This document shows, in pieces, positions 28,498-37,806 of a DNA stretch of 64,000 nt (position 1 is the stretch's first letter; every line of letters begins with the position of its first letter). The notes under the pieces were generated by a model that saw only the letters and a program-made list of their open reading frames with translations, made no database searches and was not told the origin of the DNA. Source of the stretch: Spirochaetia bacterium (GTDB lineage: Bacteria; Spirochaetota; Spirochaetia; DSM-27196; Salinispiraceae). Location of the stretch: positions 32,001 to 96,000 of the forward strand of contig JBBRCZ010000007.1 of NCBI GenBank assembly GCA_038204425.1, given 5' to 3'. The position numbers and the translations under genes are program-made.

Positions 28498-31107
28498 ATG
28501 AAAAGATTCGCCTTAATTGCCTTAACGATGATCCTGTTCGTTATGACATGTTCCCCACCGTTAGAAGTCTCAATCTCTACCACCATCGATAGTGCTGCCG
28601 CAGTCTCCAGAGCTGCTGAGACAACAAGCACTACACTTGCGAGTCTTCCCCTAAATGGCCGCTACCACATTAGCAACAAATTTTCTGCTAAAGCCCTCAA
28701 GTGTGACGCCTATGCCGGCTCTTCGGTGTACAACAGTGTCTATACTGGCGCTATCAATCAACAATGGAACTTAGTCGCAGTCGGCAACTACTATAGACTG
28801 ACAAACCAAGCCACTGGCCATTCCCTACGAGCAGGAGAATATGGCAATGTGACCACCGAGGTCTTTGACAACGGAGATGATGCACTATTTACCATCAGTA
28901 CTTTTGGCAGCGGATTCTACAGACTGGCGCTCAAAAGCTATCCAAGTCGCTACTGGCGGATTCAGGACAAGTTCGACGGAAACCCGGTAGTTGTCGAAGG
29001 CCAAGGAACTGACGACCGCTACGCGTGGAACCTCATCAACCTTTCGCCGTCGAGCACCACCACCTCGCTGCCGGTTTGGACCAGCACCACCACCTCGCTG
29101 CCGGTTTGGACCAGCACCACCACTAGCGCGCCAATTGGCACAAGCACAACTGTAGCGAGCACCAGCACTACAGTACAATCAAGCACTAGCAGCAGTTCGA
29201 CAAGTTCGAGTTCAAGTAGCTCAAGCAGCAGTTCGACAAGTTCGAGTTCAAGTACTACCTCAACGTCCATTGTTGGTGGTTCACTGCAGCTCGAGGCCGA
29301 GAACTACAGCAATTCTGCTGGAATTACTAAAGGCTCAAGTTTCATTTACTATGTCGACCATAATGACTGGATAAGCTTTAACAATGTCGATTTTGGCTCC
29401 AGCCGCTACAATTCACTAACACTACGCTATGCTTCAGGATCTAGTGGCAAAACAGTTGAGTTTAGACTCGACAGCATTAACGGCGCTCTGATCACCAGCT
29501 ACACTCAGGTAAATACTGGCGGTTATGGCAACTACAATAACTATACTGTCAGTTTTGGCGCCGCATCCGGCGTGCATAATCTATTTGTTGTCTTTAAGGG
29601 CGGCGACGGTGTTGGCAACTTTGACTACTTTAGACTGAGCGGCTCTGGTGGAACTAGTTCCACCATTTCTCCAACATCAAGCAGCAGTACAAGCACCAGT
29701 ACCAGTACAAGTACCAGCTCCACGACTTCAACGCTGGCAGTACTTGGCAACTACAACATGAGTATCCCCAACCCCAATGAAAACAACCCACGCGCCGACA
29801 CTTTGATTGGTGTCAGCACCAGCTCATTCTCCGACGTCAATCTTAGCGCTTCTTCCTTGGCACAGATCGCGCCTAAATTTATGCGCTACTATTTAGGAAG
29901 CACGCTTGTCTTTGACGTTGCCAGCCCACCAAATGGCATCGCCTCCATCCAAGGAACTTCGTATTCTCGCAACCGCGAGTTGACCGAACTGATGGGCGTT
30001 TCCGCTTCAAATTGGAAGTATACACCAGCGCTAAGCTTTGACGAGTTTATTGCGCTTTGCCGCGCAAGTAATGCTCAGCCAGTTGTTATTCTGCCTATCT
30101 ACTCAGCCTACTACAGTGGTAGCAACGTGCACATGACCAGAGAAGTACTCTACACTGCCCACGAAGCCTTTATTCGTTATGCAAACATTACCAAAGGCTA
30201 TGGCGTCAAGTATTGGGAAATCGGCAACGAGGACGATCTCGACCCCGACAATGTCAATGTCAATACCTACGCCGAAGTTTTTAATCAACTTGTGCCGCGT
30301 CTAAAAGCAGTAGACGCTTCAATTGAATGCGGAGCCAACACTTTTTGGGATACCAATCGCTGGAAGGTGCTCTTGCCGCAGATTAAAAACACCATGGATT
30401 TTGCTGTCATACACCAGTATTCAACATTCACTAGTTACAATTCATTTTTGACCGGTAGCATGGCAGACGAAATGATGACCGACCGCTTTAACGCTGCCTA
30501 CAACTCTCTGGCTACTTCACAACGACCAGCTTCAAACAAGATTATTGTAACTGAGATTTCCTCATATAGCGTCAGCGACCCAACCAACCAATATACCAAC
30601 AATACTTGGAAGGGTTTGCACAGCTTCCAATTACTGCTTGATACGGCTAGCCGCAGCAACGTCTACGGCATGACCAATTGGGTGACTTGGTACAACAACG
30701 GCTTGCTGAGGGCCTTTAATGTCTTTGCTGACGCCAGCGAGACCACTCTTTCTCCCGTTGGTTTGACCCTGCGTGTGATGAACCAACACTTGTATGCCAA
30801 TCTCGGCCGCAAATATCAAGTATCTGGTTCGCCAGTAGAAATTTGGGTTTCGCACAGCAACGATCGCAGCAAAATGTCAATCTTTATACTCAACAAGGCC
30901 AGCACTTCGAGTAGAATTGGCCTCAATTTGAGCGGTTTTAATGGCGATCTTAGCAAGAATAAAAAGTGGGTTTATTCAGGAACGAGCGCGGGTTCAACTT
31001 CGCCTAGCTACCAAAATCTTAGCAGTGATGTTTCGGGCCTTGCTAATATCCAGGTCAACGTTCCGCCGCTCGCTTGTGTTATCTACGACTTCAATAGCGC
31101 TAAATAA
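28498..31107 (+). CDS. Exported multidomain glycoside hydrolase: ricin-B/CBM13-like, S/T linker, CBM6, S/T linker, clan GH-A-like catalytic domain
   Basis: Signal with FVMTC; NQQW ricin motif; LEAENYS...DWISF...NFDYF (CBM6); FDEFIALCR, YWEIGNE (acid/base), IVTEIS (likely nucleophile). Confidence 0.85.
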   Translation: MKRFALIALTMILFVMTCSPPLEVSISTTIDSAAAVSRAAETTSTTLASLPLNGRYHISNKFSAKALKCDAYAGSSVYNSVYTGAINQQWNLVAVGNYYRLTNQATGHSLRAGEYGNVTTEVFDNGDDALFTISTFGSGFYRLALKSYPSRYWRIQDKFDGNPVVVEGQGTDDRYAWNLINLSPSSTTTSLPVWTSTTTSLPVWTSTTTSAPIGTSTTVASTSTTVQSSTSSSSTSSSSSSSSSSSTSSSSSTTSTSIVGGSLQLEAENYSNSAGITKGSSFIYYVDHNDWISFNNVDFGSSRYNSLTLRYASGSSGKTVEFRLDSINGALITSYTQVNTGGYGNYNNYTVSFGAASGVHNLFVVFKGGDGVGNFDYFRLSGSGGTSSTISPTSSSSTSTSTSTSTSSTTSTLAVLGNYNMSIPNPNENNPRADTLIGVSTSSFSDVNLSASSLAQIAPKFMRYYLGSTLVFDVASPPNGIASIQGTSYSRNRELTELMGVSASNWKYTPALSFDEFIALCRASNAQPVVILPIYSAYYSGSNVHMTREVLYTAHEAFIRYANITKGYGVKYWEIGNEDDLDPDNVNVNTYAEVFNQLVPRLKAVDASIECGANTFWDTNRWKVLLPQIKNTMDFAVIHQYSTFTSYNSFLTGSMADEMMTDRFNAAYNSLATSQRPASNKIIVTEISSYSVSDPTNQYTNNTWKGLHSFQLLLDTASRSNVYGMTNWVTWYNNGLLRAFNVFADASETTLSPVGLTLRVMNQHLYANLGRKYQVSGSPVEIWVSHSNDRSKMSIFILNKASTSSRIGLNLSGFNGDLSKNKKWVYSGTSAGSTSPSYQNLSSDVSGLANIQVNVPPLACVIYDFNSAK
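29053..29123 (+). repeat. 30-bp in-frame tandem repeat, about 2.4 copies
   Basis: AGCACCACCACCTCGCTGCCGGTTTGGACC twice plus a partial copy; encodes STTTSLPVWT. Confidence 0.95.
29188..29254 (+). repeat. 31-bp direct repeat with 36-bp period in the Ser-rich linker
   Basis: AGCAGCAGTTCGACAAGTTCGAGTTCAAGTA at 29188 and 29224. Confidence 0.9.
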
Positions 31108-31135
31108 TAGTGCGATCGTGTCCGTAAGGAGATCT

Positions 31136-31170
31136 GAAGAAAGGCCACCCAAAACTGGGTGGCCTTCTTC
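31136..31170. terminator. Strong hairpin between convergent genes
   Basis: AAGGCCACCCA-aaac-TGGGTGGCCTT, 11-bp stem flanked by GAAG/CTTC. Confidence 0.75.
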
Positions 31171-32552
31171 TATTTTGCGAGTGTCAAGACAAGACTGGCG
31201 CTGGTCCCCTGTCCCTTTTGGCTGCATAGCAGGATCTTGGCATTGTTGCGATGTGCAAGGCTTTGGGCCAATATGAGTCCCATGCCACTGCCGAGCTCGC
31301 GCGATGTACCAATGGTGCTCAATTTGTCTTCTATATGAAACAGTCGATCTAAAGTCTCCTGATCCATGCCGATACCACTATCCTCGACACTAATTTGACA
31401 TAGGGCATCTTCTGAACTAAGTCGTAGCCAAATCTGCGATCCATGGGTACTAAATTTGATGGCATTGGATAGGAAGTTAGAAAGTATTAGTTGGACTGAT
31501 TCGGCGTCCGCAAGGACTCTGAATTCGCCAACCGGATCCATCTCCAATTTGAGTCCTTTTTGTTGGGCAGCATCACTATGCATCGCAATAACTTGCGTTA
31601 CTATTTCCTGTAAATCTATAGCGTCTTGCTTGGGCTGCCAATCCTGCAGTTGAGACTTGGCCCACCACAAAAGTTTTTCCAAAAAGTCGTTGGTTCGTTC
31701 TAAGGAACTGGCAAGTATTTCCAGTTCGGGCAAGTTGGTATGCAGGCCAGAAAGTTTGACCACTAGGTTTTTTCGCACGTAGCGAGCCGCGCCCGAAATT
31801 GGACCTCTGAGGTCGTGTGAGACAATCGCAAAAAACAAGTCCTTGGAGCGCCCTGCTTCCAAAAGTTTTTGATTGCGCGCCTCTATTTCTTGATCTTTTT
31901 GACTAAGCACCTGCATCGATCTGATACCCGTCATCATATAGTAACCAAACAAGGTGATAGTCGAGAGCAAAATTGCACCACTAACATACCAGGCGTTCAC
32001 GCTGTCAAATTTTTGGGCACTCTGCATGTCCGGCACGCTAAGTACATAGATTAGCCGCAGAAGCGACGCACTACTCAATAACAAAAAAGGCAGTGCGGTG
32101 AGCGAATTTGACAACCAAAACCGGCGCTCAACCTTCCATAGCAGCAAAAGAGCAACTAAGCCTGGTCCAAGCACCATCCAGGCCGAAAAAACCGAAGTCT
32201 GAACGCTGTAGGAATGGGGGTAGGCCAGCAATAACGACAAGAATTGCAAGGCAATAACGGCGTACACCCACTTAAAAAAGCTCTGCTTAAAACGAAAAAC
32301 CCAGACGGAATGACAAAAAAAGATACTTGATATTGAATAGGCCAAGTTTGCCACTACGCTCGACATCCAGTCTGGCATAAGCGGAACTGATGCGTCTGCA
32401 ATTGTGCCAATAGTTAAAAAGGCTTGAGCCAGCACCCATAACCAGGCACCTCTAAAGTTGCGCCCAGACAAGGCCAAGAGAACGGCGAGAATCACATTGG
32501 TAACGTAAATAAAGCAGAGCAAAATTTGCAGCTCAGACATTAATGACGGCAT
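31170..32552 (-). CDS. Orphan 7TM sensor histidine kinase
   Basis: About 7 TM segments; SHDLRGP H-box, NAIKF, DSGIGM, GSGMGL. Start 32552 (AAGGA SD); overlaps the rlmD end. Confidence 0.9.
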   Translation of the reverse strand: MPSLMSELQILLCFIYVTNVILAVLLALSGRNFRGAWLWVLAQAFLTIGTIADASVPLMPDWMSSVVANLAYSISSIFFCHSVWVFRFKQSFFKWVYAVIALQFLSLLLAYPHSYSVQTSVFSAWMVLGPGLVALLLLWKVERRFWLSNSLTALPFLLLSSASLLRLIYVLSVPDMQSAQKFDSVNAWYVSGAILLSTITLFGYYMMTGIRSMQVLSQKDQEIEARNQKLLEAGRSKDLFFAIVSHDLRGPISGAARYVRKNLVVKLSGLHTNLPELEILASSLERTNDFLEKLLWWAKSQLQDWQPKQDAIDLQEIVTQVIAMHSDAAQQKGLKLEMDPVGEFRVLADAESVQLILSNFLSNAIKFSTHGSQIWLRLSSEDALCQISVEDSGIGMDQETLDRLFHIEDKLSTIGTSRELGSGMGLILAQSLAHRNNAKILLCSQKGQGTSASLVLTLAK

Positions 32553-33912
32553 GCACATCCTTTCTACCTGAAACTTTGTTGCGTTCCAGCATTGCGACCG
32601 TCTCGACATGGAAGGTATGCGGAAACATGTCCACGCTTTGACAGCGAATGAGTCGATAGCCTTCGTTGCACAGCTCTAAGAGGTCCTTACTCAAGCTCTG
32701 GGGCGAACAGGACACATAGACAATGCGTTGCGCTGCCAACCTCGCCACTTGCTTAAGCACATGAGCACTGCACCCTTCGCGCGGCGGATCCAGAACTATC
32801 AAAGAGAACTCGCCGGCCTTGCACATGCCAAGGCCTTTTTCTACTTCCATAGCCATAAAATGGCAGTTATCAATCTTGTTGATGCGGGCGTTCTCGACAG
32901 CGCTGGCAACTGATGCTTTGTTGCTCTCAATCGCCAAAACTTTGGCTGATAGTTTTGCCAAGGCCAGCGAGAAAAAGCCAGAGCCGCAGTAGAGATCAAG
33001 TATTGCTTGGCTTGGCTTGCCCGCTGCATCCAAGGTGCCACTGACTTGATCGGTCACCAGCTTGCGCAGTTGCAAAGCCTGACTGTAGTTGGTCTGAATA
33101 AATCCGTTGAGCGGCAATCGGTAGCTGATGCCACCGAGTTCTTGCTCGAGTTCGTTCTTGCCGCACAGCACACGGTAGTCCCGATACGACTCGCCTGCCA
33201 CGCCAATTACGGCTGGGTCGGCTTGCATTAGCTTATTGGCAAGTTCTTGTACCGCCTGAGTGTAGTGCTTAACAAAAAAGACCACCCCTACTCGACCGCC
33301 GGCGCTCCGGAGATGAACCTGCAAAATTTCTGGCGGAAATGCCACATCACGCAGTTTGAGCCAAAGATTTTGGTTTTCCAAACTCTCTTGCATACATTGA
33401 CGAGGGTAGAGCGGCTGGTCGCTAAATTCCTTTAAATAGGCTAGGCGGCCATCCTTGTTGGCAAGTGACATTTTGTTGCGATAAGCGCGTGGTTGAGCCA
33501 TGCCAATAATCTCGCCTATTTCGCAGCGCAAAAAGCGACGCTGCAAAAGCTCAACTACAATATTTTGCTTGGTTTTTAACTGAAACGCATAGTTCATATG
33601 AAGCCACTGGCAGCCTCCACACGATTGCTCAAAATGTGGACATTCTGGTTTGACGCGTTCGGGCGAAGCAGAAATTATACTTAAAAGCTGACCACGTGCG
33701 TAATTGCCTTTTGATTCAACTATTCGATACGAAACCTTGTCGCCGGGCAGGCTGCGCGGGATTTTGACTAGGTGTTTAGCGACCTGGACAGTGCCTTCGC
33801 CAAACTCATTGATGCCTGTCAGGCTTGCTTGGCTAGTGCTGGGCGTAAAAGGGCGGCCGCGACTGTTTTTGTTAACAGGGTGCGGGGCTGGTCGGCTAGG
33901 TTTTTTTGGCAT
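32533..33912 (-). CDS. rlmD: 23S rRNA m5U methyltransferase RlmD
   Basis: TRAM domain, CPHFEQSCGGC Fe-S motif, DLYCGSG, LDPPREG, YVSC, DMFPHTFHVE. Confidence 0.92.
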   Translation of the reverse strand: MPKKPSRPAPHPVNKNSRGRPFTPSTSQASLTGINEFGEGTVQVAKHLVKIPRSLPGDKVSYRIVESKGNYARGQLLSIISASPERVKPECPHFEQSCGGCQWLHMNYAFQLKTKQNIVVELLQRRFLRCEIGEIIGMAQPRAYRNKMSLANKDGRLAYLKEFSDQPLYPRQCMQESLENQNLWLKLRDVAFPPEILQVHLRSAGGRVGVVFFVKHYTQAVQELANKLMQADPAVIGVAGESYRDYRVLCGKNELEQELGGISYRLPLNGFIQTNYSQALQLRKLVTDQVSGTLDAAGKPSQAILDLYCGSGFFSLALAKLSAKVLAIESNKASVASAVENARINKIDNCHFMAMEVEKGLGMCKAGEFSLIVLDPPREGCSAHVLKQVARLAAQRIVYVSCSPQSLSKDLLELCNEGYRLIRCQSVDMFPHTFHVETVAMLERNKVSGRKDVHAVINV

Positions 33913-34036
33913 AGACCTACATGCTAACGATTGTAGCCTGCTTTGTCACCCTTGTCTTGCGAAGCTCGTGGACGCTTGAAAAAAGGCCGCCCTGTTGTTA
34001 ATCTCTGCAGCAGTAAATCTGCAAGAGGAAATAGAA

Positions 34037-35335
34037 ATGTTGGATCTAGTAAAAACGTTTTTGGCCCGCCATGGTTTTTCGTCATCAGTCGACACCGAAG
34101 CTATACTTGCAAGCTTTCTGGAAGAAATGCACAACGGACTTGTCGGCAAGGCCTCGTCTCTGGCAATGTTACCGGCCTACGTTGGTCTTCCTAAAACACT
34201 AAAACAGGCCCATCCAGTTTGGGTCATGGATGCAGGCGGCACCAATCTCAGAGTCGCCACAGTTAGCTTCAATGACAACAGCCCGTTAATTGAGGACTTT
34301 CAATCCAGCGCCATGCCGGGCACCCAGCAGTATCTTGAGGCAAAAGACTTTTACAAAAGTCTTGCCAGCAAACTCAATCAACTCACTAGTAAGAGTAACG
34401 AGCTAGGCATTTGCTTTTCTTACCCGGCACAGATTTTGCCTAACCACGACGGCAAGGTGCTGCGCCTAACCAAAGAATTGCACGTAAAGAATGTTGAAGG
34501 CAGTCTTGTTGCCCACAGTATTGGCCAAGCACTCAAAGAAATGTCGGGTAAGGTCGCCAACAATTCTATAGTGCTAAACGACACAGTGGCTGACTTGCTG
34601 GCCGGAATAGCACTAGACCGTCAGAACAAGTATCGAAGCTATGTAGGCTTTATTCTTGGAACAGGTACCAACTGCGCTTATATGGAAAGTAGCGCCGCCA
34701 TCAAAGCCGTCAAGCTGGATGGAGAACACTCAGTTGGCCCAGTGATGGCAGTTAACATAGAGTCGGGCAACTTCAACCGTCTTGCCATGAGTGCCTTTGA
34801 CTTAAGACTCGACCAAAGCAGCCGTGCCCCAGGGCGCCAAATTTTGGAAAAAATGATCTCAGGAGCCTACTTGGGCCGGCTGGTATTTGAGATACTCTTG
34901 CAAGCCGGCAGCGAACAAGTCATCTCAGACGCAGCCTACCAGATGCTCAAGCAGCTTGGCGCCATCGAAACTAAGTCTCTCAACGTTCTGCTTGACCCCG
35001 AGCTAGATGCGCTTGCGTTATTTCCTGCTTTTGACGCTAAAGACTTAGCGATTGCAGCGGGAGTGGCAGGTGCAGTTTTGGATAGGGCCTCGGCATTAAC
35101 TGCCATCAACATCGCGGCAGCAACTATTTCTGCAGCTAAAAGCTCAAGTCATGACGAGCGACCAATTTGCATAGCCGCTGACGGCAGCACGTTCTTTAAA
35201 GCTTATTCGTTTAAAGAACGTGTCCAAACCCACCTGCATCTCATTTTGGATAGCAGAGGCATCCAATGGCAGATTGTGCAACTTGAAGATGGCCCACTTT
35301 TGGGCGCCGCGGTGGCTGCCCTCAGCCTGTTGTAG
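34037..35335 (+). CDS. Hexokinase, eukaryote-type family
   Basis: MLPAYV, DAGGTNLRV, CFSYP, LTKE, LNDTVA, ILGTGTN, NIESG, EKMISGAYLG, ADGS. Confidence 0.92.
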   Translation: MLDLVKTFLARHGFSSSVDTEAILASFLEEMHNGLVGKASSLAMLPAYVGLPKTLKQAHPVWVMDAGGTNLRVATVSFNDNSPLIEDFQSSAMPGTQQYLEAKDFYKSLASKLNQLTSKSNELGICFSYPAQILPNHDGKVLRLTKELHVKNVEGSLVAHSIGQALKEMSGKVANNSIVLNDTVADLLAGIALDRQNKYRSYVGFILGTGTNCAYMESSAAIKAVKLDGEHSVGPVMAVNIESGNFNRLAMSAFDLRLDQSSRAPGRQILEKMISGAYLGRLVFEILLQAGSEQVISDAAYQMLKQLGAIETKSLNVLLDPELDALALFPAFDAKDLAIAAGVAGAVLDRASALTAINIAAATISAAKSSSHDERPICIAADGSTFFKAYSFKERVQTHLHLILDSRGIQWQIVQLEDGPLLGAAVAALSLL

Positions 35336-35407
35336 TCTGGCCGTTGAGTGCCTGACAAAACACCCAGCTTTGTGCTAAGCTGCTGGCACTTATCCGTGGA
35401 GGAACCC

Positions 35408-36538
35408 ATGTCCGACAGTTTTTCTTATGCCAAGGCAGGCATTGACATCAACCAGACCGACCAGGCCAAAAAAGGCATGTCTGGCAGTTTGGCCAGCAAA
35501 AACCCGCGCGTTCTTAACCGACTCGGCGCTTTTGCCAGTCTCTATGATGGACATTTTCCCCAGCTCAAGCACCCAATTCTGGTTATGAAGACTGAAGAAC
35601 CAGGCAGCAAACAAAAACTGGCGGCGATCAGTGGTAAACTGCGTTCTGTTTGTTTTGATATGATAAACCACTTGGTAAACGACCTGATGGTTATGGGCGC
35701 TAAGCCACTTGCAGTACAAGACGCGATTATCTTGGGAAAGACCGACCAAGCAGTTATCCAAGAACTGGTAGCAGGCGTGGCAGACGCCTGTCGAGCAAAC
35801 GATTGCGATCTCACTGGCGGTGAGACCAGTATTCAACCTGGCGTTTTAGAACCAGGGACCTTTATACTTACATCCAGCATCGTCGGCATTGTTGACAAAG
35901 ATGCGATTATTGATGGCAGCACCATTGTGCCGGGAGACAGCGTTATCGCTATTGCCAGCAACGGTTTACATACCAACGGCTACACCTTGGTTCGCGCACT
36001 GATGGACAAATTTGGCGACTTAGCTGGCATGAAGATGCAAGGCGATAATTACAACCGCCAAGGTGGCCGCGCACCCAATCTTTTTGCCCCCGAGAGCCCA
36101 GAAACCTTTTTTGACGTCATCATGCGACCGCATACTGACTACTACAGGGCAGTCAGGGATCTATTTGGTCACAAAACCTTGCATGGCATGGCTCATATCA
36201 CCGGCGGCGGCATCCAAGACAACCTCAGCCGCATAATCCCGTCTGGATGCAGTGCCTCGCTTGATAAGTCGGCCCTGCGCATACTGCCAGTTTTTGCAGA
36301 GATCAAGCATCGTGGGTCGGTTGAAGAAGGCGAAATGCTTAGAACCTTTAACTGCGGCGTCGGTTTGTGCATAGTTTGCGAAAGCAGTGCAAACTCTGAC
36401 GTGATTAAACACCTAAAAGAACAGGGACTTGATGCTTATCTTATTGGTGGCATAGTTAAATCTGGCAAGCAAGCTGACGCAAGCCAGCTTGCTGCTTCAT
36501 CGGTCACTTATTATGGGCTGGCTAATTGGCAATGCTAA
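35408..36538 (+). CDS. purM: AIR synthetase (phosphoribosylformylglycinamidine cyclo-ligase)
   Basis: SYAKAGID, VNDL, GGET, SNGLHTNGYTL, HITGGG, RTFNCGVG; GGAGG SD. Confidence 0.92.
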   Translation: MSDSFSYAKAGIDINQTDQAKKGMSGSLASKNPRVLNRLGAFASLYDGHFPQLKHPILVMKTEEPGSKQKLAAISGKLRSVCFDMINHLVNDLMVMGAKPLAVQDAIILGKTDQAVIQELVAGVADACRANDCDLTGGETSIQPGVLEPGTFILTSSIVGIVDKDAIIDGSTIVPGDSVIAIASNGLHTNGYTLVRALMDKFGDLAGMKMQGDNYNRQGGRAPNLFAPESPETFFDVIMRPHTDYYRAVRDLFGHKTLHGMAHITGGGIQDNLSRIIPSGCSASLDKSALRILPVFAEIKHRGSVEEGEMLRTFNCGVGLCIVCESSANSDVIKHLKEQGLDAYLIGGIVKSGKQADASQLAASSVTYYGLANWQC

Positions 36539-36560
36539 AGGGGATCGTCAATTGATTTTG

Positions 36561-37718
36561 TTAAGAGCCGGTCTTGCCCTTAGGGCGAATAAGCGTTAGT
36601 AGACCCAAAAGGGCCACCGCGCTCGCTACGCCGAAGATTGGCAAATAGCTATCGGTCTTATCGTGCAGCCAGCCACCAAGGGGTGGCCCGAGGATAGCTG
36701 CCATTCCGTAAGCCAAGAATATCAGAGGATAGACGTCTGAAATGCCGTTTTTGCCATAAATTTGTGAAGTCTGAGATGCGTAGACAACCAGACTGCCACC
36801 AAAGCCAAGGCCCGTAAGAAAGACAAAGAACAGAAAAACTGGCAGATTTGTTTGAGCTAAAATCATACCGAGCGGTGCAAGTACAAGAATAGTTAGTGTA
36901 GATGGGATAGTCATTTTTGGCCTGCTGTCATTCACCGCACCCCAAAAAAGTCGCCCCAGACTATTGCCCAGAGCGATCAGCACCACCGAACCAAGCGCCC
37001 ACTCGGGATGTCCAAATTCAAGAGTGACCGAAGAAACCTTGCCAATGATAACCAATCCTCCAAGAGTACCTGCAAACATGCCGCAGAAGAGCCTCCAAAA
37101 GCCGGGGTCGCGCACGATCAGTGCAAAGGCAAGCTTAGGTTGGGACTGCTTAGACTCGGCGTCCTTAGGAAAAGAAAGAAAAAGCCCACTAATCATGATG
37201 ACCATGCTTCCAACCAAGCCCATCCACATAAAGACCTGCAGTATATCCATATGCAAACTAAGCAAATGGTTGGCAAGATTGGCGGTGATCATGCTGCCTG
37301 CTCCAAAGCCAAAGACGGCGATACCCGTAACAAGTCCCTTATGCCTAGGGAACCATCTCACAGCTGTGGTAAGCGGAGTAACGTAACCAAAACCAATAGC
37401 AAGTCCCATTACAATTCCCAGACAGGGAAGCAAAACAGCAAAGGCTCCTCCACTCTGCGAAGCAAAGAAGAAAGCCGCAAAATACAAAAGCGAGCTGACT
37501 ATCGCCAAGGGCAGCGGGCCGGTCTTCTTGATTAGGCGACCAGAGAAGACCATGGTAATGGTAAACACTGCAATGCTCAGACCGTAGATCATCTCGGTCT
37601 CAAGGCTGGTCAAACCGTAAAGATCTCTCAATGGCTTGCCGAGCGTACTCCAAGCGTATACCCCGCCCAGAACCATTTGAATAAATACCGACGAGATAAG
37701 AATGAGCGCTTTTTTCAT
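36561..37718 (-). CDS. MFS transporter, OFA (oxalate:formate antiporter) family
   Basis: GGVYAWS, WFPRHKGLVTG, GRLFWG; 12 TM segments. Confidence 0.9.
   Translation of the reverse strand: MKKALILISSVFIQMVLGGVYAWSTLGKPLRDLYGLTSLETEMIYGLSIAVFTITMVFSGRLIKKTGPLPLAIVSSLLYFAAFFFASQSGGAFAVLLPCLGIVMGLAIGFGYVTPLTTAVRWFPRHKGLVTGIAVFGFGAGSMITANLANHLLSLHMDILQVFMWMGLVGSMVIMISGLFLSFPKDAESKQSQPKLAFALIVRDPGFWRLFCGMFAGTLGGLVIIGKVSSVTLEFGHPEWALGSVVLIALGNSLGRLFWGAVNDSRPKMTIPSTLTILVLAPLGMILAQTNLPVFLFFVFLTGLGFGGSLVVYASQTSQIYGKNGISDVYPLIFLAYGMAAILGPPLGGWLHDKTDSYLPIFGVASAVALLGLLTLIRPKGKTGS
36566..36583 (+). repeat. 18-bp direct repeat, copy 1
   Basis: AGCCGGTCTTGCCCTTAG, identical to 37768-37785. Confidence 0.95.
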
Positions 37719-37724
37719 AGGCGC

Positions 37725-37733
37725 ACTATAGCA
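37725..37733 (-). promoter_or_regulatory. Extended -10 promoter, predicted leaderless
   Basis: TGcTATAGT, 6 nt, then ATG at 37718; no SD. Confidence 0.6.
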
Positions 37734-37767
37734 GAGAACACAAAAGCAGAAAAGCCGGTAACAGAAA

Positions 37768-37785
37768 AGCCGGTCTTGCCCTTAG
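37768..37785 (+). repeat. 18-bp direct repeat, copy 2
   Basis: AGCCGGTCTTGCCCTTAG; overlaps a local duplication CAGAAAAGCCGGT (37747 and 37762). Confidence 0.95.
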
Positions 37786-37806
37786 TTTTGGGGCAAGTTA
37801 GATGCC

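Noticed and set aside
29053..29254. Direct repeats as a possible CRISPR array
   Set aside because: They are in-frame coding repeats with no unique spacers, and no cas genes are present.
36964..37535. 140-aa and 175-aa plus-strand ORFs
   Set aside because: Antisense shadows of the MFS gene.
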